From the NCBI GenBank assembly GCA_001644455.1, contig LSTF01000058.1, positions 3,879-67,878 of the forward strand: a stretch of 64,000 nucleotides of DNA, read 5' to 3'. The position numbers and the translations under genes are program-made. Positions 54,039-64,000 of this stretch are shown piece after piece (positions within the stretch are counted from its first letter, which is position 1; the number at the start of each line of letters is the position of its first letter). The notes under the pieces were generated by a model, which saw only the letters and a list, made by a program, of their open reading frames with translations, searched no databases and had not been told where the DNA came from. Source of the DNA: Betaproteobacteria bacterium SCGC AG-212-J23 (GTDB lineage Bacteria; Pseudomonadota; Gammaproteobacteria; Burkholderiales; SG8-39).

Positions 54039-55069
54039 GACAGAGGAAGAAGGATCCTGAATAGCGTACGCCCGGGGCGCGATTCGAATTCGATCACGCC
54101 CTGGTGGTACTGGACGAAGGTCTGCGCGAGTGAAAGTCCCAAGCCTGTTCCGCCTTGTCGCCCCGAGACCAGCGGATTGAAGATCCTGTCGCGGATCTCG
54201 TCCGGCACCCCCGGGCCGTCGTCCACTACCTGCAATTCTAATGCCAGCCTGTAGCGCTGCCGGAGGATGGTCGGCTGGCGGATGGCGCGGGTGCGGAATT
54301 CGATCTTCTTCGCTCCCGCCTGGGCGGCGTTGCGGGCGATGTTCAGCACCGACTGGATGAGCTGCTCGCGGTCGGCGCTCAGATCCGGGAGACTGGGATC
54401 GTAGTCGCGGCCGATTTCAATCCCAAACTCGCCGCGCACCAGGCTGCGTACGCGCTCGAGGACCTCGTGGATGCCGAGCGCCTCGACCTTCGGCGCGCGA
54501 TGCGGCGCGAGCATGCGGTCCATCAGCGCCTGCAGGCGGTCGGACTCCTGGATGATCACCTGCGTGTATTCGCGCAACTCGGGCCGCTCGAGCTCTCGCT
54601 CGAGGAGCTGCGCCGAGCCGCGCAGCCCGCCGAGGGGGTTCTTGATCTCGTGGGCGAGGTTGCGCAGCAGCTCCCGGCTCGACTGCTGCTCGATCACCAT
54701 CCGCTCCTCGCGCACCAGGCGCAGCTGCTGCTCGATCGGCCGCAGCTCCACCAGCAGGGCGAAGTCGCGCAGCTCGATCCCGGTCGCCACGCAGGAAAGC
54801 AGCAGCGGCTCGCGCCCGGGGCGCAGGTAGCTCACCGTCTGCGCGGCGTAGTCCCAGTGGGTCCGCGTCGCTTCCCGCAGCGAGCGTTCCAGGTCGTCGC
54901 GCTCGGCGAACAGCGCCAGGAACGACTGCCCGCGCAGCGCGCTCTCGCCGGTCGCGAACAGGTCTTCAGCCGCAGGGTTGGCGTAGCGCACCACCAGGTC
55001 GGCATCGAGCGCCACGACCGCCGTGGGTAGGAGGTCCAGGCCGGCGAATTCAGCCGCGGAGGAAGTCAC
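54035..55069 (-). CDS. ntrB: Nitrogen regulation sensor histidine kinase NtrB
   Basis: Track ORF with a GTG start. PAS-like N-terminus, H-box HEIKNPL, ATPase G-boxes. ATGA overlap with ntrC. Confidence 0.92.
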
Positions 55070-55537
55070 TCAGCGCAGGTTGCTGAGCTCGCGCCGCAGC
55101 GCGTCGATGTTCTTCTCGTGGGTTTCGATGTTGTCTTTGAACGGACGCAGGCGTTCCTCGACGCGCGCGTAGTTCTGCTCGTTGCCGGTGCGCACCGCTT
55201 CCTGCTGCGACAGCTCCATCTTCGCCTTGGCGAGGGCCGCCTGCTCGCTCTGCAGCTCGTTCTCCAGGATCTCCCGCTGCCTGCCCTTGGCGGTCGCCGC
55301 CTGGGCAGGGGTCTCGCGCGGGAAGCGGCCGAGGTCCTGCGCTTTAGGGGCGGCGGGCTTGTTGTTCTTCTCGCTCGAAACCAACGCGCACTTCTTGCCG
55401 GTGGTATCGCGCTTATCGCTCGTGTAGAGCGGCCGACCGGTACGGTCGACGCATTTGTAGATGTCCGTTGTCTGCGCGGCGGCAACCGCCGAAATCGCGC
55501 TTAAAGTCACAAAAATCAAGGCTCTAACGAACTTCAT
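55070..55537 (-). CDS. DUF4124 domain protein with a coiled-coil tail
   Basis: ATG 55537 is residue 14 of track ORF 55070..55576. Signal peptide MKFVRALIFVTLSAISAVAAA, DUF4124-like IYKCVDRTGRPLYTS. Sits between glnA and ntrB. Confidence 0.78.
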   Translation of the reverse strand: MKFVRALIFVTLSAISAVAAAQTTDIYKCVDRTGRPLYTSDKRDTTGKKCALVSSEKNNKPAAPKAQDLGRFPRETPAQAATAKGRQREILENELQSEQAALAKAKMELSQQEAVRTGNEQNYARVEERLRPFKDNIETHEKNIDALRRELSNLR

Positions 55538-55554
55538 GGAGCCCCAGTCTACCC

Positions 55555-55588
55555 AAAAAACAGAAGGGCGGCTCATGGGCCGCCCTTC
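55555..55588 (-). terminator. Intrinsic terminator downstream of glnA
   Basis: On the minus strand: GAAGGGCGGC-CCATGA-GCCGCCCTTC followed by TGTTTTTTGGG. It lies between the glnA stop (55612) and the DUF4124 start (55537). Confidence 0.72.
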
Positions 55589-55611
55589 GTCACTGCCTTG
55601 AAAACAACCTC

Positions 55612-57027
55612 TTACGAGGAGTAGTACATGTCGAACTCGACCGGGTGCGTGGTCATGCGGAAACGCGTGAGTTCTTCGGTCTTCAGGCCGATGTACGCCT
55701 CCAGCGTGTCCTCGTCGAACACGCCGCCCTTCAGCAGGAAGGCGTGATCATCCTGGAGGCACTTCAGCGCTTCCTCGAGCGAGGCGCACACGTGCGGCAC
55801 TTTCGCGGCCTCTTCCGGCGGCAGGTGATAGAGATCCTTGTCGATCGGATCTCCGGGGTGGATCTTGTTCTGCACGCCGTCCAGACCCGCCATCAGCATC
55901 GCCGAGAAGGCGAGGTAGGCGTTGGCGGTCGGATCCGGGAAGCGCACTTCCACGCGGCGCGCGTTCGGGCTCGAGACGAACGGAATGCGGCACGAGGCCG
56001 AGCGGTTGCGCGCCGAGTACGCGAGGTTGATCGGCGCCTCGAAGCCCGGCACCAGCCGCTTGTACGAGTTCGTGCCCGGGTTGGTGATCGCGTTCAGCGC
56101 CTTGGCGTGCTTGAGGATGCCGCCGATGTAGAACAGCGCGAAGTCGGACAGCCCCGAGTAGCCGTTGCCGGCGAACAGGTTCTTGCCGCCCTTCCACACC
56201 GACTGGTGCACGTGCATGCCCGAGCCGTTGTCGCCGACGATCGGCTTTGGCATGAAGGTCGCGGTCTTGCCGTAGGAAGCGGCGACGTTCCACACCGTGT
56301 ACTTCAGGATCTGCATCCAGTCGGCGCGCTGCACCAGCGGAGCGAAGCGCGTGCCGATCTCGTTCTGGCCGGCGGCCGCGACCTCGTGGTGGTGCACTTC
56401 CACTTCCACGCCCTGCTGCTCGAGCGCGAGCGCCATGGCGTTGCGGATGTCCCACTGCGAGTCGGCCGGCGGCACCGGGAAGTAGCCGCCCTTTACCGGC
56501 GCGCGGTGCGCCATGTTGCCCGACTCATAGTCGATGCCGGTGGACCACGGCGCTTCCTCCGACTTGATCTTCACGAAGCAGCCCGACATGTCGACGTTCC
56601 AGGTGACGCCGTCGAAGATGAAGAACTCGGGCTCGGGGCCGAAATAGGCCACGTCGCCGAGGCCGGTCTGCTTCAGGTACGCCTCGGCCTTCTTCGCGAT
56701 CGAACGCGGATCGCGGTTGTACGGCTTCTGCTCGATCGGATCGTGAACGTCGCAGTTGATGTTCAGCACCGGCTCGTCGGTAAACGGATCGAGGCGCGCG
56801 GTGCTCGCGTCCGGCATGAGCAGCATGTCGGAAGCCTGGATGCCCTTCCAGCCGGCGATCGAGGAGCCGTCGAAGGCGTGCCCGAGCTCGAACTTCTCCT
56901 TGTTGAAATACTTCACCGGCACGCTGACGTGCTGCTCCTTGCCGCGGGTGTCGGTAAAGCGGAAGTCGACGAACTTCACTTCCTTCTCTTTGACGAACTT
57001 CAATACGTCATCAGGCGTCATCGCCAT
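55612..57027 (-). CDS. glnA: Glutamine synthetase type I
   Basis: ATG 57027 is residue 26 of track ORF 55612..57102, preceded by GGGAG. N-terminus [26 protein letters not shown]. Confidence 0.94.
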   Translation of the reverse strand: MAMTPDDVLKFVKEKEVKFVDFRFTDTRGKEQHVSVPVKYFNKEKFELGHAFDGSSIAGWKGIQASDMLLMPDASTARLDPFTDEPVLNINCDVHDPIEQKPYNRDPRSIAKKAEAYLKQTGLGDVAYFGPEPEFFIFDGVTWNVDMSGCFVKIKSEEAPWSTGIDYESGNMAHRAPVKGGYFPVPPADSQWDIRNAMALALEQQGVEVEVHHHEVAAAGQNEIGTRFAPLVQRADWMQILKYTVWNVAASYGKTATFMPKPIVGDNGSGMHVHQSVWKGGKNLFAGNGYSGLSDFALFYIGGILKHAKALNAITNPGTNSYKRLVPGFEAPINLAYSARNRSASCRIPFVSSPNARRVEVRFPDPTANAYLAFSAMLMAGLDGVQNKIHPGDPIDKDLYHLPPEEAAKVPHVCASLEEALKCLQDDHAFLLKGGVFDEDTLEAYIGLKTEELTRFRMTTHPVEFDMYYSS

Positions 57028-57085
57028 CTCGGGCTCCCTAAGCCGGGTTGGTTGATATCGTGTAGTTGCGGTAGCCCCGCGTTTC

Positions 57086-57101
57086 AGCACTTTCTGTGCC
57101 A
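57086..57101 (-). promoter_or_regulatory. Sigma-54 promoter (glnAp2-like) TGGCAC-N5-GTGCT
   Basis: The minus strand reads TGGCACAGAAAGTGCT with canonical 12-nt GG-to-GC spacing. It lies about 60 nt upstream of the glnA ATG. Confidence 0.6.
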
Positions 57102-57142
57102 AACGGCGGTGCAGGTTGCTGGGGCATTTTACTCATCCGGAA

Positions 57143-57159
57143 CGCACCGTATAGGGGCA
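57143..57159. promoter_or_regulatory. Candidate NtrC binding site
   Basis: cGCACCgtataGGgGCA compared with my recollection of the NtrC consensus TGCACCA-N3-TGGTGCA. It matches 10 of 14 specified positions and sits upstream of the sigma-54 promoter. Confidence 0.3.
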
Positions 57160-57191
57160 ACCGGCATTTGATTGCACAATGGGAGGGCGTG

Positions 57192-57629
57192 ATGGACGAG
57201 ACCAAAAAAGCGGCGCAGGAGCGGGGCAAGAAGAAGGGGCTTTCCTATGCCGGCGAGCTCTTACCCGCCGAAGCTCACAAGCTGATGCAGGCGGGCGCGA
57301 AACTGGTCGACGTCCGGACCAAGCCCGAGCTCCAGTACGTCGGCAAGGTGCCGGGCGCCCTAGCGGTCGAATGGCAGACCTATCCCGGCAGCCGCGAGAA
57401 CCCCGAGTTCCTCGCCGAGCTCGCCGCCGCCGTGCCCAAGGACACCCCCGTGATGTTCCTCTGCCGTTCGGGCGTGCGCTCGCACGCCGCGGCCGATGCG
57501 GCGACCCGCGCCGGCTGGAAAGAGGCCTACAACATTCTGGAAGGCTTCGAGGGCGACAAGGACGCCGAGCAGCACCGCGGCAAGGTCGGCGGCTGGCGCA
57601 AGGCCGGCCTGCCCTGGACGCAAAGCTAG
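57192..57629 (+). CDS. Rhodanese-domain sulfurtransferase
   Basis: ATG 57192 is residue 33 of track ORF 57096..57629, preceded by GGGAGGG. Active-site loop CRSGVRS. Confidence 0.85.
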   Translation: MDETKKAAQERGKKKGLSYAGELLPAEAHKLMQAGAKLVDVRTKPELQYVGKVPGALAVEWQTYPGSRENPEFLAELAAAVPKDTPVMFLCRSGVRSHAAADAATRAGWKEAYNILEGFEGDKDAEQHRGKVGGWRKAGLPWTQS

Positions 57630-58414
57630 GCTTTCCAGTCCACCCAGCCGAAGTACGCAGTCAGCAGCACCACCAATCCGAAGGCGATGCGGTACCAGGC
57701 GAACGGTTTGAAGTCGTGCGTCGCCACGTAGCGGATCAGCCAGCGGATCACGACGAACGCTGAAATGAACGCGACGACCGAGCCGACGCCGAACACCGGC
57801 GCGTCTGCCGCGGACAGCATCTCGCGATGCTTCCAGAGATCGTAGAGGCCCGCGGCGATCAGCGTCGGCACGGCAAGGAAGAACGAAAACTCGGTCGCCG
57901 CCTTGCGCGACAGGCCGAACAGCATGCCGCCGATGATGGTCGCGCCCGAGCGCGAGGTGCCGGGGATCAGCGCGAAGCACTGTGCGATGCCGACTTTCAG
58001 CGCATCCAGCCAGGTCATCGCTCGGGCAGTTTCCACCCGCGGCTGAAGCGATTTTCTCTCGACGATGAGGATGATCACGCCACCCACGATGAAGGCAAGC
58101 GCCACCGGCACGGCATGGAACAAATATTGTTTTATGATTTTTGAAAACAACAACCCGAGGATTGCGGCCGGAATGAAGGCGACGATCAGGTTGCGGTAGA
58201 GAGCGACATCGATCCTGAAGAAGCGCGCACGGTATTCCCACACCACGGCGAGCATCGCGCCCGTCTGGATAACGACGTTGAACACGTTCCAGCGCTCGTC
58301 GCTCGCGTTCAGCAGCTCGCCGGCGAGGATCAGGTGACCGGTGCTCGAGATCGGCAGGAACTCGGTGAGGCCCTCGACCACGCCGAGGACCAGCGCCTTA
58401 AGAAGATCGCTCAT
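57626..58414 (-). CDS. uppP: Undecaprenyl-diphosphate phosphatase
   Basis: Track ORF with the BacA/UppP N-terminal motif [14 protein letters not shown] and a multi-TM profile. Confidence 0.93.
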   Translation of the reverse strand: MSDLLKALVLGVVEGLTEFLPISSTGHLILAGELLNASDERWNVFNVVIQTGAMLAVVWEYRARFFRIDVALYRNLIVAFIPAAILGLLFSKIIKQYLFHAVPVALAFIVGGVIILIVERKSLQPRVETARAMTWLDALKVGIAQCFALIPGTSRSGATIIGGMLFGLSRKAATEFSFFLAVPTLIAAGLYDLWKHREMLSAADAPVFGVGSVVAFISAFVVIRWLIRYVATHDFKPFAWYRIAFGLVVLLTAYFGWVDWKA

Positions 58415-58833
58415 TCAAGAATGCGTTGATGCGTCGAAGAGAAGCTTGGCATGTTCCGGCGGGATGATGCTATCGCGGCTCGCAACCAGGCAGAGGAGCG
58501 GCGCGGTGATGCTCGGCGCACGCGAGACGGAATCGAAGCGGTGGCTTCGCCGAGCATCCAGGAAACGTCTTCCGCGTTGCCGCCGAAGTAGAAAACCAGA
58601 GGGGCGCCGGGCGGCCCCGGCAGGTGCCAGGCATGCAGCTTGGTGCCGTCGGCAGCCTGCCCGAACACACTTTGACCTTTTGGGAATCTTGTCTGGATGT
58701 CCGCCATTGCGGCGTCGGAAAGCCGCTGAGGCATGAAAATCAACCGTTCCTGGAGCAGAAACACCAGTAGCGGCACGCCGATGACCACTACGGCAACGAC
58801 CTTCAGGGCAGCGCCCAGGGTGTCCGGCTCCAT
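58411..58833 (-). pseudogene. Degraded alpha/beta-hydrolase (internal deletion plus frameshift)
   Basis: The N-terminal ~95 aa of the ORF read like a membrane-anchored alpha/beta hydrolase (ERLIFMPQ, DGTKLHAWHLPG, PLVFYFGGNAEDVSW). The tail is Arg/Ser-rich nonsense. A different frame of 58415-58547 encodes RFDSVSRAPSITAPLLCLVASRDSIIPPEHAKLLFDAS, the region around the catalytic Asp. The nucleophile-elbow segment and the His region are missing. Confidence 0.5.
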
Positions 58834-58876
58834 TCTTATATGGCCGATAATCTTAAGGCCCTACAGGGAGTTAGCG

Positions 58877-60064
58877 TTGAGAAAAAGCGTGCCCGTGTCG
58901 GAGCTGCGCTTCGGCATGTATATCGCCGAATTGGATCGGCCATGGACCGAGACGCCGTTTCGCTTCCAGGGTTTCGTCCTCTCTACCGAGCAGCAGCTCG
59001 AGGCGCTCAAAAAGTATTGCAAGACCGTCGTCGTCGACAGCGAGAAGAGCGCGCTCGCCGACGTGCCGCGCGCGGGCATGCAGTACTTCGGCAAGACGAT
59101 TTATGCCGAGAAAGCGACGGTCGAGCAGGAGCTGGGACCCGCGCGCAGCGCGTACACCAGCAGTCACGAAATGGTGCAGGAAACGCTCTCCAAGGTGCGC
59201 ATCGGCCGCAACCTCGACGCCGAGCGCGTGCGCGGCGCGGTAAAGAGCCTCAGCGAGAGCGTGCTGCGCAACCCGAACGCCATGCTGCTCTTCTCGCAAC
59301 TGCGCGAGAAAGGCGAGTACGCGGTATCGCATTCGCTCGACGTGTCGATCTACATGACCGCGTTCGGCCGCTTCCTGCAGCTCGAGCAGCAGCAGGTCGA
59401 ATTGCTCGGTTACGTCGGCCTGCTGCAGGACGTCGGCAAGGTGCGCCTGCCGAAGACCCTGCTCGAGAAGCGCGGCTCCCTCACTCCCGAGGAATTCGAG
59501 CAGGCCAAGCTGCACGTCAACTATTCGGTGGAGATCCTGCGCGCGACGGCGGGGATTCCGATCGAGCTGCCGCGGCTCGCCGTCCTGCACCACGAGCGGC
59601 ACGACGGCTCGGGCTACCCCAACCACCTGCAGGGCAGCCATATCGGCATGATCGGCTCGATCGCGGCGATCGTCGACACCTACGACGCCATGACGGTGCA
59701 GCGTCCTTACGCGGACCCGGTCGCGCCCTCGGCGGCGATCAGCACCCTCTATAAGTGGCGCGGCGTGTCGTTCGACGCCGGGCTGGTCGAGCAGTTCATC
59801 CGCTTCATCGGCATCTTCCCGGTCGGCAGCCTGGTCGAGCTGAACAGCGGCGAGGTGGGCGTGGTGATCTCGCAGAACACCGAGGAGCGCCTCAAGCCGC
59901 GGGTGATGGTGATCCGCGACGCGAAAGGCTTCGAGCTGCGGCCGCAGAAGCTGCTGGATCTGTCGCGCTCGCCGAAAGCGACCGCGGACGAGTCCTACCG
60001 CATCCTGCGCACGCTCGAGCAGGGCCGCGTGCCGGTGCGCAGCGAACAGCTCTTCATGCGCTAG
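58877..60064 (+). CDS. HD-GYP domain cyclic-di-GMP phosphodiesterase with a DUF3391-like N-terminal domain
   Basis: TTG 58877 is residue 49 of track ORF 58733..60064, with AGGGAG 6 nt upstream. It gives (M)RKSVPVSELRFGMYIAELDRPW. HD motif (SHSLDV...LQDVGK) and HHERHDGSGYP. Confidence 0.85.
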   Translation: MRKSVPVSELRFGMYIAELDRPWTETPFRFQGFVLSTEQQLEALKKYCKTVVVDSEKSALADVPRAGMQYFGKTIYAEKATVEQELGPARSAYTSSHEMVQETLSKVRIGRNLDAERVRGAVKSLSESVLRNPNAMLLFSQLREKGEYAVSHSLDVSIYMTAFGRFLQLEQQQVELLGYVGLLQDVGKVRLPKTLLEKRGSLTPEEFEQAKLHVNYSVEILRATAGIPIELPRLAVLHHERHDGSGYPNHLQGSHIGMIGSIAAIVDTYDAMTVQRPYADPVAPSAAISTLYKWRGVSFDAGLVEQFIRFIGIFPVGSLVELNSGEVGVVISQNTEERLKPRVMVIRDAKGFELRPQKLLDLSRSPKATADESYRILRTLEQGRVPVRSEQLFMR

Positions 60065-60073
60065 CAGCGGGTT

Positions 60074-62023
<1,950 letters not shown>

Positions 62024-62031
62024 ATTATAAT
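62024..62031. promoter_or_regulatory. Perfectly palindromic ATTATAAT (TATAAT on both strands) between thiC and pcm
   Basis: On the + strand TATAAT ends 9 nt before the pcm ATG 62041, which has no Shine-Dalgarno. On the - strand the octamer directly abuts the 5' edge of the TPP riboswitch. Confidence 0.5.
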
Positions 62032-62040
62032 CCCCCGGCC

Positions 62041-62685
62041 ATGAATCTCGAGCAGGCGCGCACCAACATGGTCGAGCAGCAGATCCGCACCTGGGAGGTG
62101 CTCGATCAGGACGTCCTCGACCTTCTTTACCTCGTGCCGCGCGAGGAGTTCGTGCCTGCGGCGCACCGCGCGCTCGCTTTCTCCGACCTGGAGATCCCCA
62201 TCGGCCATGGCGAGAAGATGTGGCAGCCAAAGCTCGAAGCCCGGGTTCTTCAAGAATTGAATATTCGAAAAACGGATCGAGTCCTGGAAGTGGGCACCGG
62301 CAGCGGCTATTTCACGGCGCTGCTCGCGCACCGCTGTGCCGAGGTCGTCTCGGTCGAGATCAACCCGGCACTCGCCGCGATGGGCCGCGCCAATCTCGAG
62401 CGCCACGGCGTCGACCATGTCGTCCTCGAGACGGGCGACGCGGCGCGGGGCTGGCCGTCGCATGCGCCCTACGACGTGATCGTGCTCACCGGCTCGACGC
62501 CGATCCTGCCCGCCACGCTGCTCGCGCAGCTCGCGCCCGAGGGACGCCTCTTCGCCGTGGTCGGCGACGCGCCGGCGATGGCCGCGCGCCTCGTCGTCGC
62601 CGGCGGGCAAGGCGTCACCGATCTCTTCGAGACGGTGATCCGGCCGCTGGCCAACGCCGAGCGCCCGTCGCGCTTCAAGTTCTGA
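62041..62685 (+). CDS. pcm: Protein-L-isoaspartate O-methyltransferase family protein
   Basis: Track ORF, 214 aa. SAM-binding motif VLEVGTGSGY and post-I/II motifs. Confidence 0.82.
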   Translation: MNLEQARTNMVEQQIRTWEVLDQDVLDLLYLVPREEFVPAAHRALAFSDLEIPIGHGEKMWQPKLEARVLQELNIRKTDRVLEVGTGSGYFTALLAHRCAEVVSVEINPALAAMGRANLERHGVDHVVLETGDAARGWPSHAPYDVIVLTGSTPILPATLLAQLAPEGRLFAVVGDAPAMAARLVVAGGQGVTDLFETVIRPLANAERPSRFKF

Positions 62686-62687
62686 CC

Positions 62688-63014
62688 TTGGTCAAGCAGA
62701 TCACGCCTGCCGAGCTGGCGGCCTGGCTCGCGGACAAGGGTCGCGAGCAGCCGGCGCTGCTCGATGTGCGCGAGCCCTGGGAGCACGAGAAGGCGCGCAT
62801 CGCCGGCTCGCAGCTCGTGCCGATGGGACAGGTACAGGCGCGCCTGGCGGAAATCGGCAAGCACCGCGAGGTCGTCGCCATCTGCCATCACGGCGGGCGC
62901 AGCATGCAGGTCGCGATGTTCCTGGAGAAGAGCGGCTTTCCCAAAGTGCACAACCTCGCCGGCGGCATCGATGCATGGTCGCGGACAGTTGATCCTTCGA
63001 TCCCTACTTATTAG
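62688..63014 (+). CDS. Single-domain rhodanese (GlpE-like)
   Basis: The last 108 aa of track ORF 62220..63014 start at TTG 62688, 3 nt after the pcm stop. Active-site loop CHHGGRS. Confidence 0.8.
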   Translation: MVKQITPAELAAWLADKGREQPALLDVREPWEHEKARIAGSQLVPMGQVQARLAEIGKHREVVAICHHGGRSMQVAMFLEKSGFPKVHNLAGGIDAWSRTVDPSIPTY

Positions 63015-64000
63015 CAGACTCGCTCTTGTCACGGCGCTTGCCGTGACATCGCTCGGGGTCGAAGCGGAGGACCTGTTTCAGGTCTACCGCGACGCGCAGC
63101 GCTACGACGCGGCGTATTCCGCTGCGCGCCTTGCCCTGGAGGCCGGTCGCGAAAAGCTGCCGCAGGGACGCGCCCTCATCCTGCCGACCCTCAACCTGAC
63201 CGGCGCTGCGACGCGCTCGCGCTTCGACGTCGATTCCAACGACCCGGCGATCTCGGCGAGCTTCATTCGCTCGACCAACGCCGCGTCCTACACCCTCACC
63301 TTTACCCAGCCGCTGTACCGGCCGCAGAACTGGTACCAGTACGAGCAGGGCGAGTTCCAGGTGCGGCAGGCGGAGGCGACCTTCGGCCTCGCCTACCAGG
63401 ACCTGGTGATCCGCGTCTCGCAGGCCTACTTCGACGGCCTGGCGGCGGTCGACACGCTCAACCTGGTGCGGGCGCAGAAGGCGGCGATCTCCGAGCAGCT
63501 GGCGCAGGCGAAGCGCAACTTCGAGGTCGGCACCGCCACCATCACCGACACGCACGAAGCGCAGGCGCGCTTCGATCTGTCCAGCGCGCAGGAAATCGCC
63601 GCGATCAACGACCTGGAAAGCAAACAGCGCGTCCTGCAGCAGCTCACCGGCAAGGTCTACACCGAGCTGAAGCGCATGCGCGGCGACGTCAAGCTCGCGC
63701 CGCCGAATCCGGCCAACATGGACGATTGGGTACAGCTCGCCGAGAAGCAGAACTACTCGGTGACGCAGTCCGAAGCCTCCGCCGAGGTGGCGCGGCGCGA
63801 AGCGCGGCGCGCGAGCGCGGCGCACATGCCGACTCTCGACATCGTCGGCAGCGTCGGTCAGAGCACCGACACCGGCACGGTCACCACCATCGTCGGCCGC
63901 GACATCACCACCGCGCAGATCGGCCTGCAGCTCGCCGTGCCCATCTATCAGGGCGGCAGCCTCAGCTCGAAGGAGCGCGAAGCCGCGGCGCTCGCCCTCA
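62971..64000 (+). CDS. tolC: TolC-family outer membrane efflux/type I secretion protein (3' end outside window)
   Basis: My own translation; not in the track because no stop falls in the window. The frame is open from ATG 62971 (or TTG 62989) to 64000. Signal peptide LILRSLLISRLALVTALAVTSLGVEA, then DLFQVYRDAQRYDAAYSAARLALEAGREKLPQGRALILPTLNLTG and the typical TolC repeat pattern. The start overlaps the rhodanese gene. Confidence 0.85.
   Translation, partial: MHGRGQLILRSLLISRLALVTALAVTSLGVEAEDLFQVYRDAQRYDAAYSAARLALEAGREKLPQGRALILPTLNLTGAATRSRFDVDSNDPAISASFIRSTNAASYTLTFTQPLYRPQNWYQYEQGEFQVRQAEATFGLAYQDLVIRVSQAYFDGLAAVDTLNLVRAQKAAISEQLAQAKRNFEVGTATITDTHEAQARFDLSSAQEIAAINDLESKQRVLQQLTGKVYTELKRMRGDVKLAPPNPANMDDWVQLAEKQNYSVTQSEASAEVARREARRASAAHMPTLDIVGSVGQSTDTGTVTTIVGRDITTAQIGLQLAVPIYQGGSLSSKEREAAALAL

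Noticed and set aside
57096-57191. GTG-initiated 5' extension of the rhodanese ORF overlapping the glnA promoter region.
   Set aside because: The extension has no rhodanese-like sequence. A strong GGGAGGG-ATG start lies at 57192, and the region instead carries the sigma-54 promoter on the other strand.

Overview
GC-rich (roughly two-thirds G+C by eye), very gene-dense chromosomal segment. Gene content and synteny suggest a betaproteobacterium of the Burkholderiales type (inference from the Bug/TctC receptor, an E3 carrying a lipoyl domain, glnA-DUF4124-ntrBC, pcm-rhodanese-tolC and a fused speD-speE). I call about 60 protein-coding genes, one degraded gene, one TPP riboswitch, three intrinsic terminators, a sigma-54 glnA promoter and several -10-like elements. 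I see no rRNA, tRNA, CRISPR array, transposase, integrase or phage gene.

Layout:
- 1-3.8 kb: ABC sugar importer.
- 3.8-18.6 kb: one uninterrupted minus-strand gene train. A tkt-gap-pgk-maoC-pyk-cupin block runs straight into an uncharacterised TRAP operon with a TauD-type dioxygenase, an LLM monooxygenase, a Gfo/Idh oxidoreductase and a TIM-barrel protein.
- 18.6-20.9 kb: nudC and a fused AdoMet decarboxylase-spermidine synthase.
- 21-30.7 kb: sugar-acid locus with two SDRs, an FAH hydrolase, an aminotransferase, a TRAP system split by an IlvD/Edd dehydratase, and a UxaA dehydratase.
- 30.7-35.1 kb: rsmE, a secreted ankyrin protein, argA, yggX, an M20 peptidase.
- 35-38 kb: DsbA-like isomerase, formamidase and a flavin N-monooxygenase-like gene.
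- 38-45.6 kb: aceE-aceF-lpdA-rpiA-bug.
- 45.7-52.6 kb: folD-prlC-DUF4124/Grx-xthA, aceB and an orphan Rossmann protein.
- 52.6-57.1 kb: glnA-DUF4124-ntrB-ntrC.
- 57.2-64 kb: rhodanese, uppP, a degraded hydrolase, an HD-GYP protein, thiC with its riboswitch, and pcm-rhodanese-tolC.

Most interesting:
- The dual-oxygenase TRAP operon, which I cannot assign to a known pathway.
- Perfect or near-perfect -10 hexamers 6-12 nt upstream of start codons that lack any Shine-Dalgarno sequence. Several sit in palindromic ATTATA(A/C)T cores shared by divergent genes, suggesting leaderless mRNAs.
- Accessory catabolic operons joined to housekeeping operons with no room for promoters or regulators.

All functional calls come from reading the translated ORFs. 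No database search was run.
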